A stretch of DNA of 64,000 nucleotides, from the NCBI RefSeq assembly GCF_004010195.1, contig NC_057753.1, forward strand, positions 1,811,930 through 1,875,929, given 5' to 3'. Position numbers and translations under genes: made by a program. Shown piece after piece: positions 52,011 to 64,000 of the stretch. Source of the DNA: Chiloscyllium plagiosum (Eukaryota). A model generated the notes under the pieces. It was given only the letters and a program-made list of their open reading frames with translations, searched no databases and was not told the origin of the DNA. Each line of letters starts with the position of its first letter. The stretch's first letter is position 1.

Positions 52011-53509
52011 GGCTGTGTTTCCATGCTGCATGACTCTCTGTGACAAACGAGAAGTGTTCAAATATAACTCAGACACATACACATACTCACATCCAAACAT
52101 CGATTTTTTACACATAAGTTTAGTCATGATAGAAATTTTTCAATGTGCATTCAAGTGGACAGAGGAGCAACATAGCTCTCATCCAGCCACAGCATTGACA
52201 AGGCTTCAGATTTTGCATATATTTGGGGAAATAGATTAAGAATTGTTTATTGAAGAGCAAATTTAGAATGTTCATGACATTTCCCTTGGCAGAAGCTCTT
52301 AGATTTCTCTGCCACACCGTAATCTAAGGTAATAACCATTTCAACTAACTAGATTTGAAAGAATCTGGCGTCTAAGTCATATTTGTATCTCTTGTTGCCA
52401 ACTTAAATAGAAGCAACGTGTTTCCCCAGAAATGCATATGCCTCGCTTTCATTGACTCCTTGTTGAGATTTTACCGCTGTTCTATTATAGAATAACAAAA
52501 ACATGTAATTTGGTAGCTTATCTGTAATTTTCATTTATTTCAGTTACAGTGCCGTTTGACTCTGTGTTTCGGAGCACCCGTGAACGTTATTGACTCCATG
52601 AGAGACTAATTCGCATGCATTGAAAAATGTGTTCAATCCTATTGTTGACTGGATGAGTTGCATCTGACCGGTTCCAAATGCAAACTTGTGGCATTTAAAG
52701 GGCAAAGTTGATCCATTTGAATCATTGTTTAAAGCGAATAATGAAACTGGAGAAAAGATGTACAGTTCATGCTTTCTTTCGTGAGCAGTAAACAAATGTG
52801 CTGTCTTGCACAACACTTGTTTCTCACCACGTCTCAAAATGCATTCTGCTAATCATTTTTCTTTTAGTTTTGCGATCTGGTGAAAAATTGATGATGGGGG
52901 TTGAGGTCTCCAATCAGCAAAATTAAATGGTGGAACAAGATGCGAAGTCCAAGAGATCTATTGCTGCCCCTCAACTCGTATAATACTGCAGTAGCAATAC
53001 CGGATGCAGCCATATTTATTACATCTATTTTATTAATTCACGGATGTGGACTTCGTTGGCGCAGTCAGGTTATATCACCAATTTTAACAGTCATTGCTGT
53101 GCATCTGAAGTCACACACAGATCGCACCCAGTAAAGACAGCATTTTAATTCCCTAAAGAACATTAGTGAACGCATTTTACCCCGACAAATGGCCCATGAT
53201 AATCCTAGACTGTGAATTTCAGTTTTGGTATTAAAGTCAAATCCCTGGAACTGCCATGTGGGACTTGAACAAGGAACCAGAGAACATCACCTGGGTCTCT
53301 GTAAATTGGAACATCACTACAGAATGTTTTCTTCTGTAGGCTGGTGCAACGATGTTTCCCAGAGGTTAGAGGCGATGGACTTGAAATCTAGTACCTCGCA
53401 TCAAATCACACTCCTGTCATTATTTCATAAAATATTAAACTCCATCTTTTTGTGTGATGCTTGTCTCACTGTCATAAGAGCTGGAAGCTTCTTCTTGTCA
53501 ATTGATCAA

Positions 53510-54363
53510 TTCCATTGATCAATTCACCTAACCTGACCTGGTTTAGCCTGTCAGAGGAAGTTGGAGCACCTTGCAGAATCGGAGAGAGAGAGACACGAGG
53601 AGAACATGCAAACTCCACATCTACAGTCTTCTGAGTTTGCAATTGAACCCATATCGCTGGCACTGTGAAGCAGCAGTGCTAACCACTGTGCTCCTTATCA
53701 CAGGTATTATTCATCCTGCTGGAAACCAGAGAGTTCAGAGGAACTACCGTAATTCAGTGAAAAGTACAACAGGGAATGGAAACCATTACCTAAACTGTGT
53801 TTGGAAATGAGGATTCACTTAAAATAATGATTAAGGACAAGAATTTCCGTGATTCTTTCCTTTTAACATTACATTCTATCGGTTTTAATTCATGCAAAAT
53901 AAAGAACAACGACCAGGAACGAGAAAGAGCAGAAGCACAAGTTTATCATGTGGAACATATCAACTTGCCTTTTTTTAAATTGAGGAGACGAGTTAGAATT
54001 AGAATTCCAGCAGCACTGGGACTACTGTGGAAGGAGGGCTTTCCACTCATCTCTCCCACACCGACTGCCTGAAGACCAGTCAACCAAGATTAACTCTCCG
54101 AGTCTATCCCGTGACACTGTATTTCCATTGATCAATTCACCTAACCTGACCTGGTTTAGCCTGTCAGAGGAAGTTGGAGCACCTTGCAGAATCGGAGAGA
54201 GAGAGACACGAGGAGAACATGCAAACTCCACATCTACAGTCTTCTGAGTTTGCAATTGAACCCATATCGCTGGCACTGTGAAGCAGCAGTGCTAACCACT
54301 GTGCTCCTTATCACAGGTATTATTCATCCTGCTGGAAAACAGAGAGTTCAGAGGAACTACCGT
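53510..54363. repeat. 241-bp near-perfect direct duplication (53510-53750 and 54123-54363) of part of an old SINE plus flank
   Basis: I found only one difference (ggaaaccaga vs ggaaaacaga). The ORF track shows duplicate ORFs 53571/54184 and 53472/54022. Confidence 0.95.
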
Positions 54364-56904
54364 GATTGTATTTAGCTGTTAAGCATACCTAGTACTGAAA
54401 ATAATTCATTCGGAAAGTTGGGATTGATTTTAACGAATATTTGAGACAAGATTTAATAATTTGGAAATTAGTTTGCTGCATTGTAAAACCTACTCAGAAA
54501 CGAAAAATCTTTCTTTATGCTGTCCGCAAACTTTTGCAAAACCTAAATAAGCAATGAGTCATTTCTACTTCCTGCATTTTATTGACTGAAAATGGGATCA
54601 TTGCTACACTGGGAACTGCAAACATATGTTGGTTAATTACTTTGTGGAGCACTATAAAAATAAGTTCTCAAAGTGGGCGCTGACGTTTTGGTCAATTATA
54701 GTTGTAATTTTCTGCCCATATCCACTCTGACTTTGGCTTCCAGGAATGTTGTAGGTAAACTGAATGGGAGCTCAACAATAGCTTTCAATTCAACATTTTC
54801 CAAGTTTCCATTCTCAACATGAAATTCATTTTTTGCACCTTAGGGCATATTCAGCTCTTGGAACACTTGCCCTGAAAATGTGCTCGGAACTGATTTTATG
54901 GATAGATTGTGCTTGCTTATCCTCATGTACCAATCAATCCTAAAATCCTTGAAAAAAAAGCACCATTAAAGTTTTACATTCTAGGGAATATCTCCGTGGT
55001 GGTGTATTTAGCAGACGGAATAAAGAGAGTGAACATATAGTTAGTTGTCCAATTCTAAAAAGTTTGCAGGGATCACGAGATTTCTGTTCCATGGACATGC
55101 ATCCTTGAAGTTATTGGGATTTATTCATCGACTGCAAAGCAAAGTGACTCTCGAGCTTCAAAAAATATTGGTATTGAGAACAAAACGCAGGCAAGTAATG
55201 TGTAACATCTATAAGTTTCTCGTGAGCCCACAAGTCTACTTCTGAGTGCACTTCAGGTCACCACTATTTACAACGATAGAGAGCGTCCTTGAGAGTTTGT
55301 AGAGTTGAGCTATCGGATTGGTGTCAGCGAAGCAGGTTGAGAAAACATTTGATTGAGTTTCAAGATGTACAACTGGTTTAAATTAGATATAAATGTACAG
55401 TTTAGTGTGATTGCCTGATTGTACACTTATTATGGTCAGATTGAAGTTTCTGAGGAAAAACAAGAGCGGAATTTGATACGAACATTTTCACACAATTGAT
55501 GGTGATGTTCTGGAACAGGCTGTCATGATAGTGTTAGGAAAAGGACACAGTGGTTGAGTTAAAAAAAATGAATTACCGTTTGAGCGAAAGATCATGCAAG
55601 CATAGAACTGAGGAATGCTTGTGATTGCATTGTTGTAGGTAGCAAGACTGGACTCAATCCACTGAATGGCCTACTATGCTGCTTAAGGGTTCTGACTCTT
55701 TGGTGCGTTCTCTCCATGTGTCTAAAATTTTGAATTCAGTTTTCACTCATCCCAAGGCTATTGGATAATTCAAATGCGTGTAGTCGAGAATTAGTTACAT
55801 CTCTCCAAGCTGAGTCTAAACACGGTTTGGTTATCTCAGTACATTGTCAATATCACTGATGGCTGAAAGTCTCCCACCGAGAGAACAGATGAATCTTTAT
55901 CGTTCAACATTTGTATGCACATGTTATTCAGACCCTGATCTCTCCGAATTTGATATAATGTATATTTTGAGTTTCCTATCTGTCAATCATCGGCTTTCAC
56001 TCGGTGATAAATTGAGAAAATCTTTAATGTCAGTTCGGGACTGAAATTCAGAATAGGCAATATTTCTCTTGCTTCGAATTTGATGAGTATAAATCCTCAC
56101 AGTCTGACATTTTGCGAAAGGAAGGTCACGCACGCGCCCTGTTGCAACTTGCTTCTCATTATATGCATGTATCTCACGGAATATTGCCCCCAGTAACGAT
56201 AGCAGCAGTAAACCGGGCCCTACCAAAGAAAACTAAATCATTGACTGCGGACCGTTCACTGCAGTAATGGAATCCGTCGTTTCCATTTCAGAATCTGTGG
56301 TTAGTTTTGTTCTTTATGAATATTCCCCGCCCAATTTGCGTTCTTCCCACCCATCCAGTTTCTCATTGTCTCACTGATTAAACTTTTCATTATACTCATT
56401 GCAGTACAAGTGACAATAAAGCTAATTCTAATACTGATTCATGAGTAAGCGTGAACAGCGGCACAGCTGTGAGCATAAAATCAGGGAATTTGGAGGCAAT
56501 GTGCGAATTCAATGCAGAGGGGAATACCTACCTGTTGTTTCCGTTTTTTGCCTGGTAGTTTGCAAGGTTTCTTACCAGAATGAATTGGAGCCCAGTATCA
56601 GGGTCTCAGCACAAAAGACTGACATCAATGTTAACTCATAATTTCACTGTTTGGTGACAGCTACTAATTTGACAAAGAGCATAGTTTTCTTTGACATTGA
56701 AGGTAAGTCACGGAAATACTTGTAGGCCAGTATGACATTTCTATAAAGTTCAAATAAGGAGTAAGTAATTAAAAGAGTGATGATTTGCCAGGTGATATGT
56801 TGTAATTGCATGGCTTTGGAACTGATGGCCACCATTCTGCTTCCCAGTGACCACAACTGCAGCCAGTAAACACCAAAAGGAAGACGTTTCTGTAATTCAG
56901 ACAT

Positions 56905-57070
56905 TAAAGCTGAAGTTGTTCAAAAAGCTCAGGAGGTATGGCAGCATCTGTAGAGAGAAATCAGAATTAACGTATTGGCTCCAACCTCCCTATCTCTGAG
57001 GAAACAACTCTGATTTCCCTCCACAGATGCTGCCAGGTATGTTCAGCTTCAGTAGCGAGTGTTGGTTGCT
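56905..57070. mobile_element. Short fold-back Penelope-terminal-repeat derivative
   Basis: ggcagcatctgtagagagaaatcagaatt ... aactctgatttccctccacagatgctgcc form inverted arms. Same family as 9607-9842. Confidence 0.6.
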
Positions 57071-59394
57071 TGAGGCACTCCGGCTCAGATTTGATGAGAC
57101 AGAGTCTGAACTCTGAACACATTGACACATCAGGAAGATGGAGAGTTACCTGGATTCTGTGTTTGACGAGGGAGTCATACTCCTTAGATTAACTACGTTG
57201 CATTTGGTCAGGGACAACAGGATTTTATTCCGAACTAGAACGGTCGAGGAATCCGGGTAGTACTGCCAAAGGAAAGAAAACCCATACGTTTTTAGCTGAG
57301 TCTAGTGTCTTAAACTCGTCTTCTGATGAGCTCCACATTTTCAACACTCTCCACTGAATTGAAGCAGGTGCTATCAAACATTAAAAGAAAACAGCGTTGA
57401 AATAGTCAGCTAACTCGTATGGTGAAAGGAACGTAGTTTAGACGATGTGGCATCACTGTTTCAGCACACAGAGCTGAAACGCTAACTCTGTTTCTCACCA
57501 CAGATATTAGGGGTTGCATTTGCCAATATTGATTCTGGGAAAATCCTTACAGAGAGACGAGAACTCTGAGACAACGGTTAAAAATAATGTGGTCCCATTC
57601 AATGGAGGAAAGAAAGTTTTGTAAAGTCATCGAATAAATGTTTCTGTTACAGATTTCTATGTTCCCAGTTGACAAGAGAGGCAATAATTGTTGGGACGGC
57701 ATGAATATGATGTAGATGTTCTACTCACCTCAATCTTGATCTTAGGGACATTAATTAGTACACCACGGAAACAGACCATCCAGTACAACTCGTCTATGCC
57801 GACCAGATAACCGCAATTAGTCTAGTTCCATTTGTCACCATTTGGCCTGTGACCCTAGAAACCCTTCGTATTCATGGCCCCATCGAGATACCTTTTACAT
57901 TTTTTAACTGCGGCTGCCTTCTCTTGCTACATTTTCCATACTCCACCATCCTCTGCGCAGAAAAAAGTTGCCCCTGCTGCCTTTTTAAATTTTTTCCTCT
58001 TTCACTCTCAACCCGTGCCCTATAGTTTTTGACTCGCCAACCCTGGGAAAGTACATTCGCTCGTTAGCCTCTTCATGCTCCAGATGATTCGACAAACTTC
58101 GATAAGTGCAACCCTGATTCTCCAATTTCCCGAAGTAAATTCTGGCCTTGCCTATCCAACCACGTAATGTAGCTCAAACTCCCCAAGCCCGCAGCGTCCT
58201 TGTAAGTCTTCTGTGAACCCTTTTACATTTAAGAAAATCTTCGTTATAGCAGGTAGACCAGAATCAATTCCAAAAGTGGCCGACTTGTTGATAACCAGAC
58301 CACACTTAAAGAAGCAGAATGGAATTTTCCAGATCCTGATTCATGCATTGCCAGATTGAAGCTATCTGCCTGGCTGTAACTATAGAAATTCGTCCTTTAT
58401 ATAAAAAGAAGTTATACGTTCGACTGAAATAAAAGACGAGTTCATGGCGGCTTGGAAAAATATTGCCAACAGGCTCCTTTCAAGCAGCTCAGTGCCAGCA
58501 AGTCGGGCAGAGAATAAGCGTGAAGATCGAGCTCCCTCAGTTCTGAAATGGAGGGAAATGAGGAATAAAGCCCCAAGAGATCTGGAGAAACTACAGATGA
58601 GTGTGGAGAATGTGGTAAAATTGATATAGGTCTCAAACACCAAATTAAATTCTGCTGACACATGTGTTTTCAGCTCCAGAATGTTTTCTTTCAGTGATAA
58701 CTCCGAGGTCTCGGCTGCCATCCTTGCTCTACAGGAATCACAGTGCATGCCAACTGTCTTGTTTACTGATCAGTATCTTTTTCTCTTCTGAATAATCCAC
58801 AAACAAAAAAGAAAAACTTCCAAACTTCTGGAAATGTTGAAATGGCTCCTTGTTCATCAGGGTATAACTCAAGAACAAACAGTGAACCCCAGTGGAACTG
58901 CTGAAATAATCCGACTCCCGCTGAAAAGATAACGGTTAATGAAGGCTCTTTCACGGTCTACCAATTTTATGTCAATGTTGATGCTTTCAATTTTATTTGC
59001 TTAACTGTACTGACGTGCTCACTATATCGCAGCATATCCATATCACCATTCCATAAGAGTCATTGAACATTTTATTAATTCATTTCTCCATGTTTTTCAC
59101 ATCAATTATATTTGCATTACTAACATTGCGTTGTCTCAACAAAAAATGTCATGGAAAATCTTCGGAGATGATTCTCCCTGAAAAAATCGATGCGATTTTC
59201 CTGAAATAACAAATGTTTGTCCTCGTGGATTTCCCTGTTAATCGATAATAAATTTCCTAATACCAAGGGAAACTAACCAGCCTATGGTGTTACTGTTAAG
59301 CCTTCATTGACGGTTAGTGAAGATACAGTATTACTTTGCAGGAACTGTGATTAAAATGAGTGAAGTGATTAAATTACAATTACAAATCGTGGAA

Positions 59395-59756
59395 ATTTAG
59401 AATCCCTACAGTTTGGAAACAGGCCAGTTAATCGATCACATCCACACCGACCCTCCAAAGAGCATCCAACTCAGACCTGCACCCCTATCCTTTCCCTGTA
59501 ATCCTGCATTTCCCATGGCTAATCCATCCAGCCTACACATCACTTATCACTCCGACAATTTAACATAGCCAATCTACCTAACTTCCACATCATTGGACAA
59601 TGGGAGCAAACCAGATCACTCAGAAGATAAAACTCCAGGCAGAAAAAGGGAGAAATGCAAACCACACACAGACAGTCGCAGGAAGGTGAAGTCGAAATCG
59701 GCTGCCTGGTGCTGTGAGGCAGAGTTGTGGAACATTGAGTACTGTGCCAGCCCGTG
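59395..59756 (-). mobile_element. Degenerate HE1/V-SINE
   Basis: tagaatccctacag tail...ctgcatttcccatggctaatcc...cacacagacagtcgc...gtgctgtgaggcag...actgtgcca. Confidence 0.75.
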
Positions 59757-61418
59757 CTAGTTAAATGGCAACCGATGAAGAATTCAGTAAGTAATTTCAT
59801 TTCTCAAGATAGAAGCTGCCAATCAAAAATGTAGATCGATAAGTGAATTAGTGATAAAGATCATTAGTCTGCTGTCGAACCTAAAAACATCGTGAATGTT
59901 TAAAAATTGAAATGTGAGCAGGAACTTTTGGAGACGCTCAATACCGTCCATAGATTCAGTCGAGACAGAATTTCGTTCACGATTCACGTTTAGCAGCAAG
60001 TGGAAGGCGTCAAGGAGTTGGCGCAAGGTAGAGGTGGCAAGATGAACAAAAGGGAAAGTCTGCAATATGGTGGCTCGGTGGGGAAATTAAGTGACGAAAA
60101 GTGAAATGAATGGGAGAGGTCAAGATGCAAAAGATGTGTCAGCAGCAGATGTGATACAAACTTTGAAAGTAAAGAAAATCATACAAAAAAAACACAAAAC
60201 AAAGTCAGAGAGAAAGACCAAATGAAATGGGATACAAATCAAATCACACAATTCTTGAACTTGATGTCTCAATGTTGACTATTGCATCCTTTTACTCCAC
60301 AGTTCAGAACAGACCAGCTAACTTTAAGTAATCCGTGTCCAGGAGTACAGCTCAGGTCAGTAGGTCATTCAACACCACTTTCCTCCCTGCCTCGCCAGAG
60401 ACTGGTATTACACTGTCCCACTTCTGGACAGAGCTGGGGAAAGAATCAGGAACATGTTACCTAGCAGCTTGTAACTTTTCACTCTTCCTGTCGTGGATGT
60501 CAGATAAATCAGGGTAATATGTAACTTGGAAGTTATGGCTTTCACCTATACCTGCATTGTTTATATGTAGCGGGGTTGAGCATTTGGGACCTCTTTCCAA
60601 TTCTTAAGTCTTTCAAATCTGCCTCTCTCACCTCTCTATCTCCTTCCGTTGTTTGCAAGTGCTGACTGGTTCTGGCCCCTGAGTGACATTAGAGAATGAG
60701 TTTGGTTTATACTGGCAATCCAGCAGCTTTCACAGTCATTTTCTTCCTCACTGTGTCAGCTCCACGCGTTACCAGGTTCATTGCCTCGATTTTTGAATTG
60801 GCCTATGTGTTCATAGATTGTCACCAATTGTTTTCCGCTGCAATAATCAGATTCACAGGAAATTAGGGGGTGGATTTGCTGTCAGGAAAACTGTTGCAAA
60901 CATTGTGGCACAGATGAGTTACTGGCATGCTATTTGCTTCTTGACAGAAAATGTTAAAATGAAATTAAGAGAGCAGCGCAGAACCAGCATGTCCTGCAGC
61001 TAGAAAATTGTATTGTGGGATAATACAAACCACTTCCATGAAATTCGGAATCACTGAGAACATTGGGACGTTTGAAAATGTCTGATTTTTGTGCAGCTCT
61101 CAACTCCAGATTACCATAATCTTTTGACGTGAGAGTATATACAAGAGTGAGAGAGTGAGATAGTGAGACCAATCATAATTTTGTTTGCACCATCTTTTCC
61201 TTCTTGAATCATTTCTCGCTCTTTTAATTATGTGTTTTCTGAATAAGCATTGATGTATCTCAAGGGAATGCCGATCACTTTACATCAGGTAAAACATGAG
61301 ATTTCAAAAGCACAGCCCAATCAAGATTTCATACGTGAATGAATAAAAAAGGAATGCATTGACATTAACTTTGAACTCAAATTATGTAATGTGATAATTT
61401 AGTCACAATATATTTAAT

Positions 61419-62332
61419 TTAATCACTCTTTAAATAATTTAAACACGTGTGTTGGGGGAATTCCAACAATTTCTTTAATTGTTGTCTGAATTTCCTCTGA
61501 GTCCCTGCATAAATAAACGGATTAATGCAGGAACTCAAAAGCTGAAGCATAGTTCCTCCTTCCTCAAGAATAAAATTGGATTCAGTGTAATTTGAAACTG
61601 AGAAATAAATCACATTTGCAATTTGAACACAGAAAAAAGTCATTAGAACCAATAAATATGACAGGAGGAAACTGCCGGAGATCGCAAAGAGTAAAACTAT
61701 GGACTTCCTCCGTTTTTCCAACTCTGGATCATTCTGATTCTCTCTATTAATCCTGATCCGAAGTCTTCTGCGGGCTTGACTGGCCAATATAATGTGCCTG
61801 ACAGTGAGAGCATTGAGCAACACAATCAGAACGAATGGAAGGCAAGGGTTTAAAATTACTGTTATCCAGTCAAATGCTACCCAACTGGGTGAGGTATAGT
61901 ATATTGGTTTGAGGTTGCAATACCAAGGCACGTTGTTAATGATAAAGGAAGGTTCATATCCAAAGTACAAGGGGACCTTTATGATACAGCTTAGAGTGCA
62001 GATAGTTATTATAACCACAGCTGCTACTCTGTTGGTGCAATATTCTATTTTCAGCTTCTGGCAACAAATGGCAATGAATCGATCAAAAGTGAAAGCGACA
62101 GTTACCCAAACGGAAGAATCTCTGACTGCATAAATTAATGCAAGTCTCACACTGCAGACTGGAGTGATGGAGAGAAATGTCATTGGGAAATAAACACCCA
62201 CAATCCGGTTTAATATCACAGCTGTGATAATGACCAGTAGATCCGTCACCGCCATGGAAATCAGGTAATGCGTGATGCATTTTGAAAGACCACAACTTTC
62301 CCGTGAGAGGATAAGAACAACTGAAAGGTTAG
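61419..62332 (-). CDS. GPR139/GPR142-like class A GPCR copy E, exon 2 (intact, 304 aa); exon 1 predicted just beyond the window end
   Basis: Open 7TM frame with DRF, PWYC and NPFIY. About 73% identical to copy C by manual count, with no internal indels. Acceptor ttcttcatag|CT at 62334-62333. The intron aligns with the copy C intron up to 64000 (equivalent to about 26740). Confidence 0.9.
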
Positions 62333-62669
62333 CTATGAAGAACACACATAAGAGTGAAAATGTGATAGCTACGAACGCAGCCAAAAAAGACAAAAACAGA
62401 CATGCAATGACACTGAAATTTCGAGATGAAATTACAAACAAGGAACAGAATCCACATTTTGCAATGTAATTATATCCATTCAGCTGCAGGAAAAATACAC
62501 CTCTAATTGCTTGTGAAGTTTCAGTATTATGTAATAATGACAGTAAGGATATTTCTCAGTTTTACAGACAGCAATAATCGTCTTTCTTTGCGACTGACTT
62601 GCAGGAAATGCATTCTATTCTGCTCTTGGACAATGTGTACAGAGGAACAGAAGCAAAAGTAGCCTTAAA

Positions 62670-62980
62670 CATTGGGAAATGGAAGAAGGTGAGGAAAGAA
62701 ATATTTAGGAAATACTGGAGGGGCAACGTCTTCATGCAGAGAGTGTTGCATAAAAGAAATGGGCTGCCATAAAACGTGCTTGAATCGGATACAACAACCA
62801 GATTTAAGAATCATTTGTTGCATGATTCGGAAGGGTTAAGAGATATATGGACGAAACAAGAGCAATTGTTATTCCACACACCTTGCATTTACAGACTAGG
62901 TGTCTGGGAGACATGTCAACTTGGAACTGATCGGGCCGAAGGGCCTGTTTCCATACTTTTTGCACTGTACTCTATGACTC
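62670..62980 (+). mobile_element. CR1 3' tail fragment in the intron of copy E
   Basis: ggggcaacgtcttcatgcagagagtg...gggccgaagggcctgtttccat...tgtactctatgactc. Absent from the introns of copies B and C. Confidence 0.7.
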
Positions 62981-64000
62981 GAAAGAGTAATATTTTATGA
63001 ACAAAGGAAATAATGAAAAGGAAGCAGACGAGATTGAACGGAAAGCACTCCTGAGAGCTTTACATTCAAGGAGGCATTTAGGAAGCAATCACTGTAAAGA
63101 AATTAAAACTCACCTCTGAACTGAAAAAAAGATCTGGGATTGCACCTGATAATTAATTTAAGCTAAAGCAACAAAGTGTTGTGACCGACAACAAAGCAAC
63201 AGAATGGTTGAAGTCCAGTTATTGCTCTGTTGGTAACGTTCTCTCCTTTAATGATTTTGGCTTCACATCGTACTGCAAGATTTCAGTACTGACTGAGTAC
63301 TGCATGGCCCAGAATTTTGCAGTTGTGCCAGCCAATAAATGCAAGGTGTGTGGAATAAAAGTCGAACAAAAAATTTAACTGAGTTATCAAGAAGCTCCTG
63401 TTAATGTTCCAGTGCAAGCAAAAAGTAGGACACCATGGTAAAATTGCAGTACATCAGCTGCTGTGCAGGGACAAATGGTAATACATTTGCAGCATGATAA
63501 TTAATTGACGGTTATGGTGTTCAAAACACAACGGAAACGCTATTAATTTGTTATCCCAGTGAGATAATTCACGTGCAGGAATGCCTTTCGGAACACAACA
63601 GGACAATCTTCTGACTTCTGGTGATAACAATAAACGAGAAAAACGGCGAAGAAATGACACTATTCAAGGAAAAAACAGTGTACTAACAATTTATAAGGGT
63701 AACTGACAGTGTTAAAGTGGACGAAAAAGATAGAAATTAATTGAAAACATTTTGTGGTAAAATGCAACATCAATACCCTAAAAATGAAGATGAGGCATTT
63801 TCACCAAACTCCAGTACTTGCCGTACTCTGACTGAACAATAGGGCTGCATTCTTATTAGAGTGAGTCCAATCGTGATGGTTTCACCTGACTGTAACCTGT
63901 GCTTAAGGTGACATGAAAGCTTAAGAAGGAGAGTCCTTCATGGTAACCTCAACCGGTGCTGAAATATAAACATAAATCTGCCACCAAGCCAACTAAGCTA

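Noticed and set aside
56081..56108. tgatga...ctga resembling C/D box snoRNA motifs
   Set aside because: The spacing is far too short, and there is no terminal stem or host gene context.
62333..62441. 36-aa hydrophobic N-terminal extension of ORF 61419..62441 that looks like a TM1
   Set aside because: It lies upstream of the conserved splice acceptor, reflects the T-rich intron end, has no true ATG start, and is not open in the other copies.
1..64000. CRISPR arrays, operons or other prokaryotic systems
   Set aside because: No regularly spaced short repeats or dense coding; the sequence is clearly vertebrate and repeat-rich.

Overview
AT-rich vertebrate genomic DNA, almost certainly from a shark or other elasmobranch, judged from the many HE1/V-SINE copies, CR1/HER1-type LINEs and Penelope-like elements. 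The window is a head-to-tail tandem array of about 12-19 kb duplicated units. Each unit carries a minus-strand, two-exon class A GPCR of the GPR139/GPR142-related type. There are five copies: a 3' fragment abutting an assembly gap (10.85-11.07 kb), a pseudogene (12.1-14.2 kb), an intact 326-aa gene (exon 1 27012-26943, exon 2 25433-24523), a heavily deleted pseudogene (42.5-43.2 kb), and an intact exon 2 (62332-61419) whose exon 1 should lie about 200 bp past the window end. The spacers hold nested mobile elements: an internally deleted class I (epsilon/gamma-like) ERV with two LTRs, PPT and TSD; Penelope-like elements whose terminal repeats carry minimal hammerhead-ribozyme motifs; short fold-back inserts with TSDs; a long CR1 LINE; and many SINE and LINE fragments. 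All calls come from reading the sequence; no database searches were run.
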